Positions 1 through 13,129 of a stretch of DNA of 64,000 nt are shown here, in pieces. The notes beneath the pieces were generated by a model that did not search any database, was not told where the DNA came from, and saw only the letters and a list, made by a program, of their open reading frames with translations. Origin of the DNA: Lingula anatina (Eukaryota > Animalia > Brachiopoda); the NCBI GenBank assembly GCA_051362555.1, contig CM120649.1, forward strand, positions 11,098,001 through 11,162,000, given 5' to 3'. The translations under genes were made by a program, and so were the position numbers. Positions within the stretch are counted from its first letter, which is position 1; every line of letters starts with the position of its first letter.

Positions 1-19
1 CGTTTATGATAAACCGTAA

Positions 20-153
20 GGCTTCATTCACATGCAATGTCTATTTTCAATCAGTAATTACGCGGCGGGATATTCAGGGCACAGACCGTGATCATAAGAT
101 AGCGCGAATAGAAAATAGAATTTAGAAAATAGACATTGCATGTGAATGAAGCC
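20..153. mobile_element. Tourist-like (PIF/Harbinger) MITE
   Basis: Perfect 29-bp TIR GGCTTCATTCACATGCAATGTCTATTTTC (20-48) / complement (125-153), flanked on both sides by TAA (17-19, 154-156). Confidence 0.8.
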
Positions 154-229
154 TAAGTGTGTAGCTTCCATTCAATCCTTTACTTCCTAATTCTGGATTT
201 TTACTTGAAAACAACATGGTTAGCAAGTA

Positions 230-359
230 CCCTCTACCAGGGTGGCAGATATTATAGGGAAAAGGGAAAAAGTCAGAGGTAGTAAAATGACCGTCTATGT
301 ATCTAAAGATGTATCTGTGAATATCCTGTGAAAAGTCAATCTGTGGCTCTGGTAGAGGG
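230..359. mobile_element. TA-flanked MITE, family A copy 1
   Basis: TA|CCCTCTACCAG...CTGGTAGAGGG|TA; homologous inverted copy at 14075-14234. Confidence 0.65.
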
Positions 360-1294
360 TAGTTAGCAGACTTGTACACAGGAGTTTTCCGCATGCATCA
401 GCACGTAATAAGCAATGCCCGTTACTAGGTTAAGGGTAAATATATTTAATAAAGTGTTTAACTTATCACAACTAGTCACATCTTTGAATCATTGGTATTG
501 AGAATTTCATTGATTATCCGATTTCACTTCAAAAGAGAGAGTATATGATTTTTCCAAACCGCCCTCTTGTGACTGTTTTGTTATCTTCTTCAGAAACACA
601 GCACTCAATGCGTCGCGTCCCTTTCGCATAATATTGGCTTGGGCAATATAAAATTAGGGACAACACCATTCACTTTGACGTAAGGGCTGAATGATTATCA
701 AAGTGGCGGACATGATATCAAAACGACGGGCTTGCTCGCCTTAATTTCCTAAACCCGTGTATTCCACGATCAATTCCGCTGATAAAAAATGTCCTCTTCA
801 ACTGCCTTATATCCAAGAGACTTGTAAACGCGCGCGAGTCAGATCAATAACCTGTAAATATCATAGAGATGGTGATTTTGACCGCCACGGCTTGCTTCAT
901 ACAAATTAAACTCATTGTCTTTGACACCCAGCTTGAATTATAGATCGGATATTGATCCGCTGGTGTTCTCAACAATGTCAGCATCGTTGATAGTTTCCTA
1001 CAGCTTACTTGAAAAGTTTTAATCCACATCCACTCGAAGTTCTATATACATGTACATGTAATTCATTGAGTACTAGTATAGATTTGAATGCGTCTGCGGT
1101 AATAAGCGATACTCTATGTTATTTTAATCCGATTTACGTGTTCAGATCAATTGCTGAGTTGTCCTGCACTATTTAGTCATGCAATTATCTTATATTTGAT
1201 ATGATTGTAAGGATATATGCTGCAAAATTCACAAAATGCTTAATCGGTAAAAAACGCCTGGATTGCCATTTTAGATATGAAATATATTTGAACT

Positions 1295-1392
1295 CCCCCT
1301 GAGCTTCAGAGATAACTTGACACTAACCTCTTCACTATAGCCTATCTTCATCGTGTCAGGTTAGTGTCAAATTATCTCTGAAGCTCAGGGTG
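1295..1392. mobile_element. 98-bp hairpin MITE with 9-bp TSD (Mutator-like)
   Basis: ~35-bp TIRs (CCCTGAGCTTCAGAGATAACTTGACACTAACCT / AGGTTAGTGTCAAATTATCTCTGAAGCTCAGGG); direct repeat ATTTGAACT at 1286-1294 and 1393-1401. Confidence 0.8.
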
Positions 1393-1673
1393 ATTTGAAC
1401 TCAGATAAAGAGAAAATGTTCGAGCTTTCGTAATAAGAAAGGATTCCTTGTCTGTTATCCGGAAAATATGATTCTTATTGACTCAGAAGTGCACAAAAAT
1501 TTGAAACAAACCGGGGTTTAAAACGTGGAGACTGCATTCGTATTTCTGAAAAGAAGGCAAATATATGAAAATTCTTCAAAACTAGTAATGAAAAATTACA
1601 AAAAAAAAAACCTTTTCATTCTATCTAAGAAACTCTCTCTCCATTCACACATCCGGGCACGCACACACACATA

Positions 1674-3334
1674 CAGGGTTGCTACTTAATATGGAATATT
1701 TTTTATCATTGTTATTTTTGAGTGCTAATCAAAATTTTTTGGGCTTGAGTCATTAAAAAAGTATGTCACTGAGTGATAATAACATCCAGTCTTCTGTTGT
1801 GAGATATTTTGGTCAATTATATCAAATCTGACATAAGATGCCAGTCAAAAGAAAGGAACACCCCCAGAAAACCATATCAACAGTTTGATGTCAGTATAAA
1901 CCTTAAGATAAGATATTAAAGAAAATGATAGCCTCCGGACAGTGATATGTTACACAGTCAAAGAACTCACTACAGTAAATCATGAAAAGTCAGTAATTGC
2001 GGGTATGACCTCCAGCAGCCGCTTGCAGCGCCCTCATCCTACATGGCATACCCTGTGACACGTTTTTTAGAGTTTGGGTGGGGATATCATTCCACGCAGT
2101 GACATTTGCCTGTCGCAGTTCATCAACATTTACCGGCCGAGGACCATAGCTATTAATTCTGTGAATTACTTCCGCCCACAGATTTTCAATTGGGTTCATA
2201 TCTGGAGAGTTTGCAGGCCAGGGCTGTTGCTGAACCCATTGGTTTTGAAGAAAAACAGTGATTCTGCGGCCTCGATGTGGGGTTGCGCAGTCCTCTTGGT
2301 ACACAAAGTTGTTCCTGAAGATGACTCTTACCAATCAAAGCATTGTTTGCTGTAGAATGTCTCTGTAGGAATCCTGGATGAGGTTGCCTCCTAGAAAAAA
2401 CCAACTGGTTCTGGGCACCAACATGAAATGCTCCCCAAACAAAGACGTTACCATCCCCTGCTTGCATCCTAGGCAGTACCCAATCATCGTTTTATGCCCC
2501 TCGTACACGTTGGTGGACACGGATTCGACGATCAACCCTAAAAAATCCATCTCTGGCCTCATCACTGAAAACGACGTGATTCCAGAGTTTTGGCTGCAAA
2601 CCCACGTCGTCCCCAGCCCATTGCAGACGTCGCTGTATATGGCCTGCTGTTAACAGTGGTTTCCCTACTGGCCTTCGTGCAAAATAACCGGCTTGCAGTA
2701 ATCTCTTGTTCACTAGGGACCTTGAAACTGGCGTTTGAATGACATTCTGCCTCTCTTTTCTGAGGACACTGGTTGTCTTTGTACAACCAGCACGGCGTAC
2801 TTTCAGGAGAAGGCGACCCTGTCTTCTTGGTGTGATACGCGGACACCCTGGTCGAGGTATTGGAGTAGGTGCCCCTGTTGCAGCATTTCTTAAGAGGACT
2901 TCACAAACGGTTCCTGATAAATGTTGAATTACCTGGCAATGGCTGACTGTTTCTGGCCATTTTCTCTGAGAGCGAGAATCCCATAGTAAGCTGCGTTGCT
3001 TAGCTGTTGAACCATATTTTCACTAAGGTACCTGTCACGTTTCAGAGCGATCCCTTTGTTTCTTCTCTAAACACACTCCAAAGATTGACCAAACCCATGC
3101 GTTTTTATACAAGGGCAGAAATTGCCGAAAAGACCACCCCTCACATTTCTGACCACAAAACATGCCACTGCATGCATCAATTGTTTCGCGAGTTGTATGG
3201 TAATTAGGTAACACACCTGGCTACACATGGAGTGGCACCTCAGCTTTGGATTTAAAGTACTTAGAGAGAAATTAAATATTTTGTAGAAAATTTACTCGCA
3301 AAAAAATAATATTCCATATTAAGTGGTAACCCTG
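1674..3334 (-). mobile_element. Tc1/mariner DNA transposon (DD34E), transposase disrupted
   Basis: TA|CAGGGTTGCTACTTAATATGGAATAT ... ATATTCCATATTAAGTGGTAACCCTG|TA (26-bp TIR, 2 mismatches). Minus-strand transposase from ATG 3015 to stop 1990 split over several frames: ARRPVGKPLL, VVFSDE, VFVWGAF, QEDCATPH-x-WPANSPDMNPIENLW (34 residues between D and E). Confidence 0.93.
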
Positions 3335-3344
3335 TACGTACATA

Positions 3345-3628
3345 CCCGCACGAAAACGCAGTAGTATCGAAGTAGCAAAGAAGCATTAACGCAGTAGAGG
3401 TGTGGAGCATATTTGCAGTAGAAATGCAGCATAGCCTACTGCAATTCTACTTCAAAAATTGCATAGGGCTGTACAGAGGAGGAGCATTAATGCAGTAGAT
3501 TAGCAGCATGATAGAAGCATGTTTCAAATATGCTAATTAGCTCCCACGTCGAAGCAGATTTGAAGCATGTTTGCAGTATGATTGCAGTAGTCTACTGCGC
3601 TGGAGTATCTACTTCGTTTTTGTGCGGG
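3345..3628. mobile_element. TA-flanked MITE with internal GCAGTAG/GAAGCAT subrepeats
   Basis: TA|CCCGCACGAAAACGCAGTAG ... CTACTTCGTTTTTGTGCGGG|TA (20-bp TIR, 2 mismatches); starts 10 bp after the Tc1 end. Confidence 0.75.
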
Positions 3629-4979
3629 TATACACACACTGATTTAATTTTAGGGCTTCTACTTATTTAGGATGTCTTATTTAGACAGTGAGCAGATGTT
3701 ATACTTATTGTCCAGACACACGTGATATATTTCATGAGAGAGGGAAATTATCAGCAATTAATTATGCTAGTGCAGCAATTTTTATTTTTAATTTGTCAAG
3801 GAGCCACTCCAACTCATATGCTCTATATCAAGTGCCAGTCCAGCCTTCCAAACTCTGTGTCAAGCTTTGAGGGACTCAAGGGAGGAGCTCCTCTGAGGAG
3901 CACGTTTACTCCTCTCCCCCTACCTACCTACCTACCTACCTAAATAAATAAATAAATGAATGAATAAAGAAATAATGAAAGAAAGAAAGAAAAGTGTATG
4001 TTTTACGGTGAAAATGTCCTCATCTACTGTTTTATATTTGCCGAGCGAAGCAAGACACTTTTTTAATATAATGTGCCTTCTCCCACATATAAATTCTTCT
4101 TTTTGACAGTGATACGGCGTTCAGTGACCTCATGTTGTGTCCCCATGTTCGCTTTACTCTTGCATCGTTCTACGGTCGTCATAATAACAATTCAATAACA
4201 TCCATTACCTTTTTGTTCAACGCATTGATCGTGTGGTGCGGTGCGTGAAGCAACAATGCAACCAGATTAAATACTGCACAAGGGAGTAAATAGTAGCCTT
4301 GACTTAAGTATACAAGGTATGCTATTGTGCCCTTGGAGACGGGTAATCAATAGCAGATGCGCATGCGTCAATTAACAATCACAACTTCCAATACGGCGGC
4401 CTTCTGTTATAATTACTTCGTGGAGTTATTTTGTGCACGTTTTCAGCAATAATAGGGTGAGTACATTAACTTAATTACTAATGTCTCTATTATATATAAT
4501 TGTTTCCAGTCGGGAAAAGTTTAGGGCCGCTTGTCTGCCTTTGTGCGATCACCTGTCGTGGAAGATCGAGTATACATCGTACATGTAATGATGTGTATAC
4601 CAAACTCTCGCCATAGAGTTTTGATAAGTTAATCATAAAGGTCATAACCCTCTACTTTCCCTGGTTTATACTCTTATTAATCTTAACGCAAACGTGCTTA
4701 AAGATTATTATGGGTCTGACTCTCCGTCGCTGCGAAAATAGTATATTCACGTCCCAATAAGCCCACGACACGGTGTTCATTAAGGTATAAAATAATCACA
4801 CAGAAGATTACACTGTGGTTTCATTCTAGTTTTCCAAAGTCGCATGTCATGTCCCGTGTACTGTGAAATAACATTCCCCCTGTGAAATAGGGTTGGGATC
4901 CAGTTGACTTCTACAGGTAAACCGCATCCTAGATTTTGCCCCTATAACATCACGCTCAGCCGAATTCATATGAATGTAT

Positions 4980-5194
4980 GGCTCTATTCCCATAGATTTT
5001 AGATCGATCTATCCCCGCGGGGAGTCTCACTAGATTACTTTCAGATAATCCGACTTAAATGTCCGTCCCGCCTACTACAAGCTGTAAGGGGGTAATTAAC
5101 TTTCGTGTCCGCCCGGCTGACAGCTATTTGGCGTGAACCCCCAGGGAGTTAGGTCGATCTAAAGTAGGTCGATCTAATGTATGGAAATGGGGTG
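4980..5194 (-). mobile_element. PIF/Harbinger-like MITE, family B copy 1
   Basis: Reverse complement of the copies at 9626-9850 and 35945-36158 (shared GATCGACCTAACTCCCTGGGGGTTCACGC, TAATCTAGTGAGACTCCCC); TAT on both flanks. Confidence 0.75.
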
Positions 5195-5780
5195 TATGAC
5201 GCCCTAATACCACAGAAAAGCAATAGGTGCTAATGCGCGTCACATGGAAAGCGGGGAGGGTACGCGTCCCTCAGCGGCCTCTGAGGCGTCCACTTCTTCA
5301 TTCACCTTCCCCTCCCCTTGAAAATGATTTATAGATCATAATTGTTCCAACAGCATTTGGCTGCAGTAATTCAGGACACTTTTCGCGTTAGAGAAATTTA
5401 TCTGCGTCCCTGGTAGAGCTAGGTTACCATTTTTACACCATCTTTTATAGAAAATAAAATTTTCATTAATTTTCTTATTGTTATTTTTTTTTAAATAATG
5501 GTTGGGAGAGGAGTTCCTCTGGGGTTCTATTGGGATTTTCCTAAATTTCACTTAAGGAATCGATAACGTTTTGCCCAAAAAGGGATTACTAGTCACTTGC
5601 AGTGTTTTTAATCAATTAACGTTTCGTGAAGGTCTGCATTTTATTATCTCCAATCCCTGACAGTCCACTGAAAAAACGCTCTTTCCGCATTCTCTTATTT
5701 TCTTCTTCATGAAGTATATTAGCCATGAAAGAATAATAATAATAATAATAATAATGATAATAATAATAATAAGAAGAAGA

Positions 5781-6177
5781 ACAATCAAGAACAAGAACAA
5801 GAAAAAACAAGGAATGCACTCTTATAGACATGGCAATACCATCAGAACGCAACACCTCTGTCAAAGTCACAGAAAAACTGTCAAAGTACAAGGACCTGGA
5901 GATCGAGATCAACAGAATGTGGGGAACAAAGACCATAACAATACCTGTGGTCATTGGAGCTCTGGGATTTGTGAAGAAGGGATTAGAGAAATACACCGAC
6001 AAAATCCCTGGAAACATCAACATCCACGAAGTCCAGAAGATAGTCCTCCTTGGCACAACACACATACTACGGAGGGTGCTATCAGTGAAGTAGAAAGGAA
6101 CAACTACCCTCTAGCGCCTCAGGACCATTGTTTGGGCCCGGCTCTTTAGGACATGTTATCAAAGCAGAAAAACAGAA
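5781..6177 (+). mobile_element. 5'-truncated Dong/R4-clade non-LTR retrotransposon (restriction-like endonuclease C-terminus + 3' UTR)
   Basis: Frame of ORF 5830-6093 reads KECTLIDMAIPSERN...EKLSKYKDLEIEINRMW...IPVVIGALG...QKIVLLGTTHILRRVL, the typical RLE C-terminus; flanked by (TAA)n at 5733-5770 and 6178-6204. Confidence 0.85.
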
Positions 6178-6322
6178 CAATAATAATAATAATAATAATA
6201 ATAATGACGTTTTGTTTACTTTTTCCTAGCATTGAAAGGGGGTTAAAATAATGTTATCCACGTGACTTAAAACCATTTTGAATCATAATTTTATTAAATT
6301 CTTTCGCGTTCCAGGTAGCACC

Positions 6323-7975
6323 ATGATGAATGCACAGCCAATGATGATGCAGCCGGGAATGCAACCAGCTCCAGGTTAGTGAACTTTGTGACCTAGATAC
6401 GGATATCTAGGTCAATGCTGACCTTAAATCCCTAAATGTCTATGTAGACACGGATATGTAGACGTTGAAATAATAGAAAAATTAAAAGGTGGTATTTGTG
6501 TCCTAATCTATCCATTTTTCTAAACAGAACCAAATACAGGTATTCAGTAGACACATACCCGGCTCAATTTTCAGTCTGGGTGATAAAGGCTAAATTCCTC
6601 TGCATTCTTGGTCCTTGAAGTTTGCAGTGCATCTAGAGTGAACGTTCACGGTGATTTGTACCGCCTCTTACAATGCATGTATTCAATACGTATAACGGTA
6701 CATTTAGATTTTTTTGCGAATCCAAATTAAGATAATACCGTGTATTAATTTATATATTTGATTGAAAAAAAAATGACAAAAAAGAAGAGTTACATGTATA
6801 TACATATGCGCAGTTTAAAAATAATAAAAGTTTATACAAACAGGTAAAGTTATGATACTAACATTTAATTAGTAAATATTTACCATGAAGATACTTTACG
6901 CACTGTCCTGGCAAAAACCGTTTTATATAAATGGTTGTATTTCTAAAGCCAGAGATGAAACTAGTCTGTATTAACTTTTGTAGACCGTGGAAACAAGTAG
7001 TTAAAGCGTAGAGCCATTCATAAATGCACCAAATCACCTTTTGTATGTTTACAATATCACAGTCCCATCGGATGTATGTAAATTTTAGGTGGAGGAGTTC
7101 AATGGATGCCCCAGCCTGCAGTCCCTCAGGGCTGTCCCCCCGGACTGGAGTATCTGAGCATGATAGACCAGCTTCTAGTGCACCAGCAGGTGGAGATACT
7201 AGAGGGTAAGTTAGTGTCGTCATGGAGTATCTGAGCATGATAGACCAGCTTCTACTTTTCACCAGCAGGTGGAGCTACTGGAGGGTAATCCTGCGCCATT
7301 GTGGTTATGATTGCGTTAGGTGTGACAAATTGCATCCTCTCAGTTATATTGTAGCAATTAAAAAAAAAAACTGTGTGGATAAGCCTATGTTTATAATATA
7401 TCTCGGTAATAGAGGCTTAAGCTCCTCTTACCTACGAGAGATGATGGTTAGTCTGTTTAGAAACAATTTCAGTTTTTGAAATCTTTACATAATAGGCAGC
7501 GTAAAAAATTCTACTGCCGTATATTGATTTTGTTCAATGCTGATCGTATTCGTATTGTCTATCATAGATATACGCAAAACAACTTGAAATTGGGAGTGCA
7601 TTAGTTATGATTATGATAATTAACTTGTCATTGCCTGTCGTACTGTACGTATTGTGTAACGTTGTTCACTGTAAAAAGTGTTTCTTTGTTCTAGCCTTCA
7701 CTGATTATGAAACCAACAACAAATACGAAATCAAGAACAGCATGGGGCAGAGGGTGTATTTCGCCGCTGAAGGTGAGCTATCCGGGATATCGGGGCGTGG
7801 ATAGGGTTGGGAGGGGGGGGGGGGGATGATGAGGATTATGATTTATTGGAAGAAAAACACTGGGCGGAGAAAGTTTGTCTCGCTTCGCTTGCCATGTCTG
7901 CATGCGAGATTGAATCTACCAAATATACTTGGCAAATTAAAAATGGAATGTGGAGGATGAAAATAGCAATCTTTT

Positions 7976-8022
<47 letters not shown>

Positions 8023-10496
8023 TGATGAATAAAAAAAATTATTTGACAGTCATTATATTTTCACTTGTTAAATATATTTGATTATTTTTGATAATCATAT
8101 TTGTTAGATTTTTAAATATTATATTTACATTCCCCCCTCAGACACGTGTTGCTGTACGCGTAACTGCTGTGGTAAAGAGAGGCCGTTTGACATCCAGATT
8201 ATGACCCCCCAAGGTCATGAGGTCATTCACCTGTCACGCCCACTTCGCTGTGATACTTGCTGGTTCCCCTGTTGTTTACAGGTATTGCCCTCCTTCTGTG
8301 CTTTTAATTTTTTTCTTTCTCATTCAAAAAAACATTTAAGTACTGCAATAATCAACTATTCAATGTTTGGTTCCTTATTTGTTTCGAGGTATTGACGTTT
8401 CACTATTCTGTACTTCCTGCAATTTTAATTCTTTCTTTCTGTTCTTTCTTTATGTCTTTGTTTTGTTCTCTTTAGATTTCGCTCATTCTAAAACCACTCT
8501 TGAAAATATGGGTTATTCGCTTTTGACATGTGACTTAGACTAGTAAAGAATTAATTCTCGAGATCAATGTTATGAATAGCACCCTGAGATATCCATCATA
8601 AAAAAAAAATAATAATAAAAAAAAGTAAATAAATTATGACAGACAGTAAGTATTTTTATTATTATAATTATAATTATTACTATTATTCTAGAAAGTGACA
8701 GTAGAGGCTCCAGTAGGCCAAGTCATAGGCTATGTCAAACAGTCCTGGAGTGTCTGCGTGCCAAAATTCGCCATTTGCAACGCGGAGGGCGACACCGTGT
8801 TGAGAATTGAGGGCCCATGCGTCCCTTGCAGCGCCTGTGGTGACGTCATTTTTGACGTAAGTCACAACTTTGCCGTTTGTCAACTAGTTTATTTTGATTG
8901 AAATTTAAAAAAAGGCATTCGATTGGCAGTCGGAGCACATTTTCTTTAAAGAATAAAATTTTGATTAAAAAATGATATTCAAATACATGTGCTAAGTACA
9001 TGTTTTAAGGATGCACCGGCCTTGGTTAAAGTTCATGTTCATCGTTTTAATTTTTTAAGAATTCTCATAAATATTATATCCTGGAAATATTTAATCTTTA
9101 TTTACTGCTTAAGTTAAGTTGAATTTCTTCTTTTTTTTTTTTTTTTTTTTTTTGAATGAATTTCAATTTTCTATTGTTTGTTATTATTTTTCTATGGAAT
9201 TACTAAAGAGCCTTACAACACGTATAATTGTTATTTTTATGCAAACAGGTAAAATCCGCGGATGGTGAACACCAGGTTGGCCAGGTCTCCAAGCAATGGT
9301 CGGGACTCGTTAAGGAGTTGTTTACAGACGCTGATAATTTTGGTGTTTCATTCCCCATGGATCTGGACGTCAAGATGAAAGCATGCATGCTGGGAGCTGT
9401 GTTCCTCATTGTGAGTACGAAAGATGGCGCCAGTGTTGATCAGAGGAGGGATGTTTGGTCAATGACGTATCCAAAAGAGACCATTCCAATTTAATTATCC
9501 CCCTGTTGCCACTCCCTGCATATAATAGTAGAATTTTTAGAGTTTATTTGTTTAATGAAACGATGAAAATCTTTTCTATCCTTGCTCCCCCATTAGCGAA
9601 ATCCTGGATCCACCAGCTAGACTACGGGTGCATTCCCAGAGATTTAGATCGATCCAGAGATTTAGATTTAGATCGACCTAACTCCCTGGGGGTTCACGCA
9701 AAATTGCAGTCAGCCGAGCGCGCACCATAGTTAATTACCCTCTTACAGATTTTAGAAGGCGGGACAGACGCTTAAGCCGGCTAAGCTGACAGTAATCTAG
9801 TGAGACTCCCCACAGGGATAGATCGATCTAAAATCTATGGGAATTGGGTCTTAGCCTTCAGACTAAAATACACATGCCCCCACTACACATGCCCCCACAG
9901 ACTAAAATGCGATTCAAAAGTATTTTGGACAAATATAGCCTCGGCCTGGAGGCATTTTGCCCTTCGTTTTTATTGCATAGCGAAAACTTGTATTCGTCGA
10001 TGTTGGAATCAACGGCAAAATAGTTACTTTAATTAATAATAGACGGAAGGTGAAAATACTGGTATATCTTTTAAAACCAAAACAACTTCCCCGTCTACGT
10101 AACATAGTAATTTTACTTGAGGCGAAGTTATGTATGTTTATTTTAATAATTAAAATTGTAATTTTTTTCTTCCTTCTTCTTCTGACTTTTTCCTCAATGA
10201 GCAATTTCCCTCACAGGTTCTATCAGGGTCGGATACTATGCTTGTTCTACAACCTTTCTCTGCAAAAACATTGCATCGTATTGACCATTTGAAATATCTA
10301 TCATTTTTTCTTCCAGTATTGTCAGTTTAAAAGTTAAAACAAGTATCGTCTTTCTTCGTCTTTTTACTATTGCACTTTAACATGCTATGAAAATGTTCGA
10401 AAGCGTATATATATATATTTGTTTGTTTGTTTTTAGGATTTCATGTTCTTTGAAAAGGAGAAAAATGAGGAGAATACACAAATCGGCATGATGTAA
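6323..10496 (+). CDS. PLSCR: Phospholipid scramblase family protein (~257 aa)
   Basis: Exons 6323-6374, 7089-7205, 7695-7772, 8142-8281, 8692-8856, 9249-9410, 10437-10496, all GT-AG and in phase. Motifs [97 protein letters not shown]. Possible non-coding first exon ending ~4456 (G|GTGAGT). Confidence 0.95.
7223..7288 (+). repeat. Intronic tandem duplication of the 3' half of a PLSCR exon including a donor-like site
   Basis: Near-identical copy of 7146-7209 (TGGAGTATCTGAGCATGATAGACCAGCTTCTA...CACCAGCAGGTGGAG...GAGGGTAA) with a small indel. Confidence 0.85.
7978..8022. repeat. (TAA)n microsatellite
   Basis: Direct reading. Confidence 0.9.
9626..9850 (+). mobile_element. PIF/Harbinger-like MITE, family B copy 2 (last PLSCR intron)
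   Basis: GGGTGCATTCCCAG...TGGGAATTGGGTC ends; colinear with 35945-36158. Confidence 0.75.
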
Positions 10497-12431
10497 GCAG
10501 CCTGTCAAGAACCAAATGTTGGCATGATACAAACAGCCTGGTTATTGCCAAGTCTTCAAGATATATTTTGAGAGCCAGTGTGACTTAAAAGTTTTCAATT
10601 TTTAAACTGAAATTTCTTTTGTAAATAGTGTTAAATATTTTAATATGAATTATGATTTCTATCTATCGGACACAGTCCAAATGAACTGTTTTTAAAAATC
10701 ATGTATATATTTTTATATACGCAATATTTTAACCGGTTACGGAGTTTTTTATATAGAATTACAGACATAGGACAAGGTTGAAATGTTATTTGATAACGTC
10801 TGAAAAGTAAAATCAACCGAGGCACATCTTCAGAAGGTTTGCAAAAACAACACATTGTTCAAAAGCAAATGAATATTACTGGTACATATGCATTTCATAT
10901 TTTGAGTGTAAATGTCCCCCAGGCAACACTGAAGTTGCAACATCGACGTCATCCGACACTGTCGCACAGTCTTATTTAAATAAACAATATAAACAGCACA
11001 GAATCGTTCCCTCTTCTTTAATTGGTGAACAATAACGTCGTTGACGACGCTCGCCAATAATATGTTCAAGGATGACATCATTGGCCAAAATTATGTTTTA
11101 TCCTTATTTGTTATGGATATAGAATTATAATAAGTATCATGCTAATATATAATAATACATAATGCAAGGAGTGCATGCAAACATGCTGTTTACTCGTATT
11201 ATTGGTAAATACATTATATTACCACAGGGCTATGAATATCCCATTTCCTCTGTATTTTTTACAAACATTGAGTTTACATGGTTAAAAAAATAATTTTATG
11301 ATGTCACTTCGTCCAAACGTTCTGCAGATCAACTACATGGCAAATTCTTGAAGAATAACAGCGAGGTCGTACACATTGTATCATAAGCAATCCGGAAAGA
11401 GGGGGATGAAAGAGATAAAAGAAAGAAATATCCCTCGAGTTTTGTCAATGGAGCGACACCCTATTGTATATATAGGCCAATATTATGATAATACTAATGC
11501 GACTGTTGCAGTTGGATTGTATAATAAGCCTGCCTGTTATACATGTATTAATTGAAATTTCTCTTGATACATAATAAATAAGTTTATATATGTACCTGTG
11601 GTGTCAATTGTATTTCATTACTAAATTTGTTCAAAAGAACTGATAAGCAGATGATTGGAAGATGTCGGCTGTAAAAAGCGATAGAAGGGTTTTCTCATAC
11701 CTTGAGTGAATAGAATGCAAATGATTTATATAGTAACTCATCTGAACTTGACATTCCTACCCTTGTTATTCGCAACAATCATAAAAAATTAACTGTTTAT
11801 TTTACCCAGAGAGCCTGATTTACGGCCATGTCAGTACGTTCAGCGCAAGTGAGCAACGTTATAGGATAGCTACGGTGGCTTTTGGTGGATCCAGAATCGA
11901 TATTGCTGGGTTGAGAGTGGAACCAGGGGGGGGGGGGGGGGGGGGGGGGGGGGCGACGTTTAAAACGGTTACCTTGTCTCGCGTTCTAAAATGACAGTTG
12001 AAGTCAATTTTCTCTATTTTTATATACAGGACTAACATTACATCTGAAATAATATTTTTAAGTTGAATTTCGTTTATTTTTCTTCTATACATGTACCGGT
12101 AACTATTTTTCCCTAAAATTATTTTGGGATTTATTAGCAAATTAAAGTTTTGTAAGAGAGTAGAGAGAGTAAGAGAGTAATCATGTACCAGAAAATTTAT
12201 TTCTTAAACGTCGACATAGCGCTCAAGTCGGACTGAAGAATAATAATAATCAACAGTTTATTTTCATAGCCTCCAAACACAAAATCATGCCAAATTAACG
12301 CAACTATTTCTTATCTTGCAAAAGAGCCACTTAGAGAACCGAAAGAAAATGCAATGGAATAAGAGATCTTTCATAATGACACTTATGGTCCATTGTCAGT
12401 TGGTTACCACTTATTCCCCTTAAAATACCTG

Positions 12432-12703
12432 CAGGGGCGGAGCGTATCCAGGATTGTTTGAAGGGGTCCAGTTTTTAGGAATGACAGGATGCGGATGCGA
12501 AGTCGCCCCTCGCCCCTCCCTCCCCCATTTTTGGTATTTTAGAGGGCGAACGGTGCCATTTGGCACAGTTTGGAACTGTTATTTTACTATTCAAAAGTCC
12601 AATTTAAAGACGGAACCATTGGTGCGATTATTTTTCAGAAATTGATGGGGGTGGGGGGGTGGGGGGGTCACAACCCCCCAGACACCCCCTAAGTCCGCCA
12701 CTG
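12432..12703. mobile_element. Short non-autonomous DNA element with CAG(G/T)GGCGGA termini
   Basis: CAGGGGCGGA ... TCCGCCACTG inverted ends with internal G/C runs; no clean TSD; a similar end starts at ~63779. Confidence 0.55.
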
Positions 12704-13129
12704 TACATGTGATGCCTATATTGACCAACAGTTGACTTTTCTTTGCCGACTGATTAAAATTCATAAAAATGATAAAACAACAAAATGCCCCCCACTAAAC
12801 GTAAACAATTAATAAATGAAAAAATAAGGTATACATGATTACAGCATACTTTAATCTAGCATCCAATATAATACAGCTTGAATCAACATTTCAGTTTTGT
12901 CAGATGTAAAATCAATTCGCTTAATAAACTGAATTTCATAACGAATTGCACAGTAGAGGGAATATAACATCAAAATATCCTAGTAGCTATTCAAAAATAC
13001 TTCAAAAAATATTTACAATCACATTTATGGCGGGTAAAGCGGTACACTGAAACAAAACAAACAAATCTCAACAAGCAATGAGTGCATGTTACGTCATATT
13101 TTGTGGAATGTTTCAAAATATCCTTTACA

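Noticed and set aside
122-394. 90-aa minus-strand ORF
   Set aside because: Runs through two MITEs (20-153, 230-359); no domain or splice support.
3345-3628. Short recurring motifs resembling a CRISPR-like array
   Set aside because: Irregular subrepeats inside a TIR/TA-bounded MITE in an animal genome; no constant repeat-spacer period and no cas genes.
5612-6149. Hydrophobic / poly-Ile / poly-Tyr ORFs
   Set aside because: Alternative-frame and antisense readings of the (TAA)n tract and the Dong fragment.
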